NCBI GenBank assembly: GCA_965116905.1
Contig: OZ220732.1
Location: forward strand, 4,000,001 to 4,064,000
DNA: 64,000 bases
Direction: 5' to 3'
DNA from: Longimicrobiales bacterium
GTDB taxonomy: Bacteria; Gemmatimonadota; Gemmatimonadetes; Longimicrobiales; Gaopeijiaceae
The translations under genes and the position numbers were made by a program. The stretch's first letter is position 1. Every line of letters begins with the position of its first letter. Under the pieces are notes generated by a model, which did not search any database, was not told where the DNA came from, and worked only from the letters and a program-made list of their open reading frames with translations. Below, in pieces: positions 63,667 to 64,000 of this stretch.

Positions 63667-64000
63667 CGCCCTGTCGCGGCCTCCGCGGGCATCGCCAGCG
63701 AGAACTCGCCCGTCGCGTCACCGAACCGCTCCAGCCCGTCATGACCCAGCCGGTGCAGCAGCGTGGTGAAGACATTGGCCATCGGCGTCCCCGCATCGGC
63801 CTTCAGGTGCACGCCGCCTTCCAGCAGGCCGTTGGCACCGCCCATCAACACGAGCGGACAGCGGCGGTGGTTGTGCAGGTTGGCATCGCCCATCGGAGAA
63901 CCCCAGATGATCATGGACTGGTCCAGCAGGCTCGAGTCCCCGTCCATGGTCTCCTGCATCCGCTCGAGGAAATACGTCAGCTGCCCCGTCCGGTACTGAC
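63663..64000 (-). CDS. DUF1552-family protein, C-terminal part; runs off the window end
   Basis: DGDSSLLDQSMIIWGSPMGDANLHNH..CPLVLMGGANG...TPMANV..TLL..LG...FGDATG; the typical upstream neighbour of this ankyrin gene. Confidence 0.82.
   Translation of the reverse strand, partial: QYRTGQLTYFLERMQETMDGDSSLLDQSMIIWGSPMGDANLHNHRRCPLVLMGGANGLLEGGVHLKADAGTPMANVFTTLLHRLGHDGLERFGDATGEFSLAMPAEAATGR

Overview
High-GC bacterial chromosome segment. The gene repertoire (carboxypeptidase-regulatory-domain proteins, BlaI/M56-TonB, TolB-amidohydrolases, DUF1552 plus ankyrin) suggests Gemmatimonadota, and the RiPP cluster suggests a marine-sponge associate; both are inference. Bases 1-40 kb are mostly housekeeping and catabolic genes: M16, S9 and M19 peptidases, a GCS2-CBS ligase with an M14 hydrolase and SRAP, an iodotyrosine-deiodinase-like nitroreductase, a leucine dehydrogenase, TerC, tRNA-Arg(CCG), RNase P RNA, tRNA-Lys(CTT), a persulfide dioxygenase and rhodanese, manA, thrB and thrC, a frameshifted TolB-amidohydrolase and a truncated nucleotidyltransferase remnant. 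The highlight is a proteusin/NHLP RiPP cluster at about 40.2-56.0 kb, possibly extending to 58.5 kb. It encodes an NHLP precursor with the 5-residue core LCCCW, a LolCDE/MacB-like ABC system, a flavin-dependent Trp halogenase, the NHLM C39-peptidase exporter set and a fused E1-YcaO cyclodehydratase with no azoline dehydrogenase. From memory, the LCCCW/halogenase/YcaO core matches the described but product-cryptic sponge-microbiome srp cluster. Three genes are unexplained: (i) a terpene-cyclase/prenyltransferase-fold protein carrying its own N-terminal NHLP leader, (ii) a hypothetical protein whose pattern fits an ABBA prenyltransferase barrel, and (iii) a convergent AlkB-type di-iron oxygenase fused to a degenerate GlnE adenylyltransferase domain. 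Together they suggest a brominated, tri-thiazoline, possibly terpenylated mini-peptide. No CRISPR array, integrase or transposase was seen. One ~100-bp MITE-like hairpin and many short tandem micro-duplications are present. Start codons were refined by hand from RBS and homology patterns; no database searches were run.
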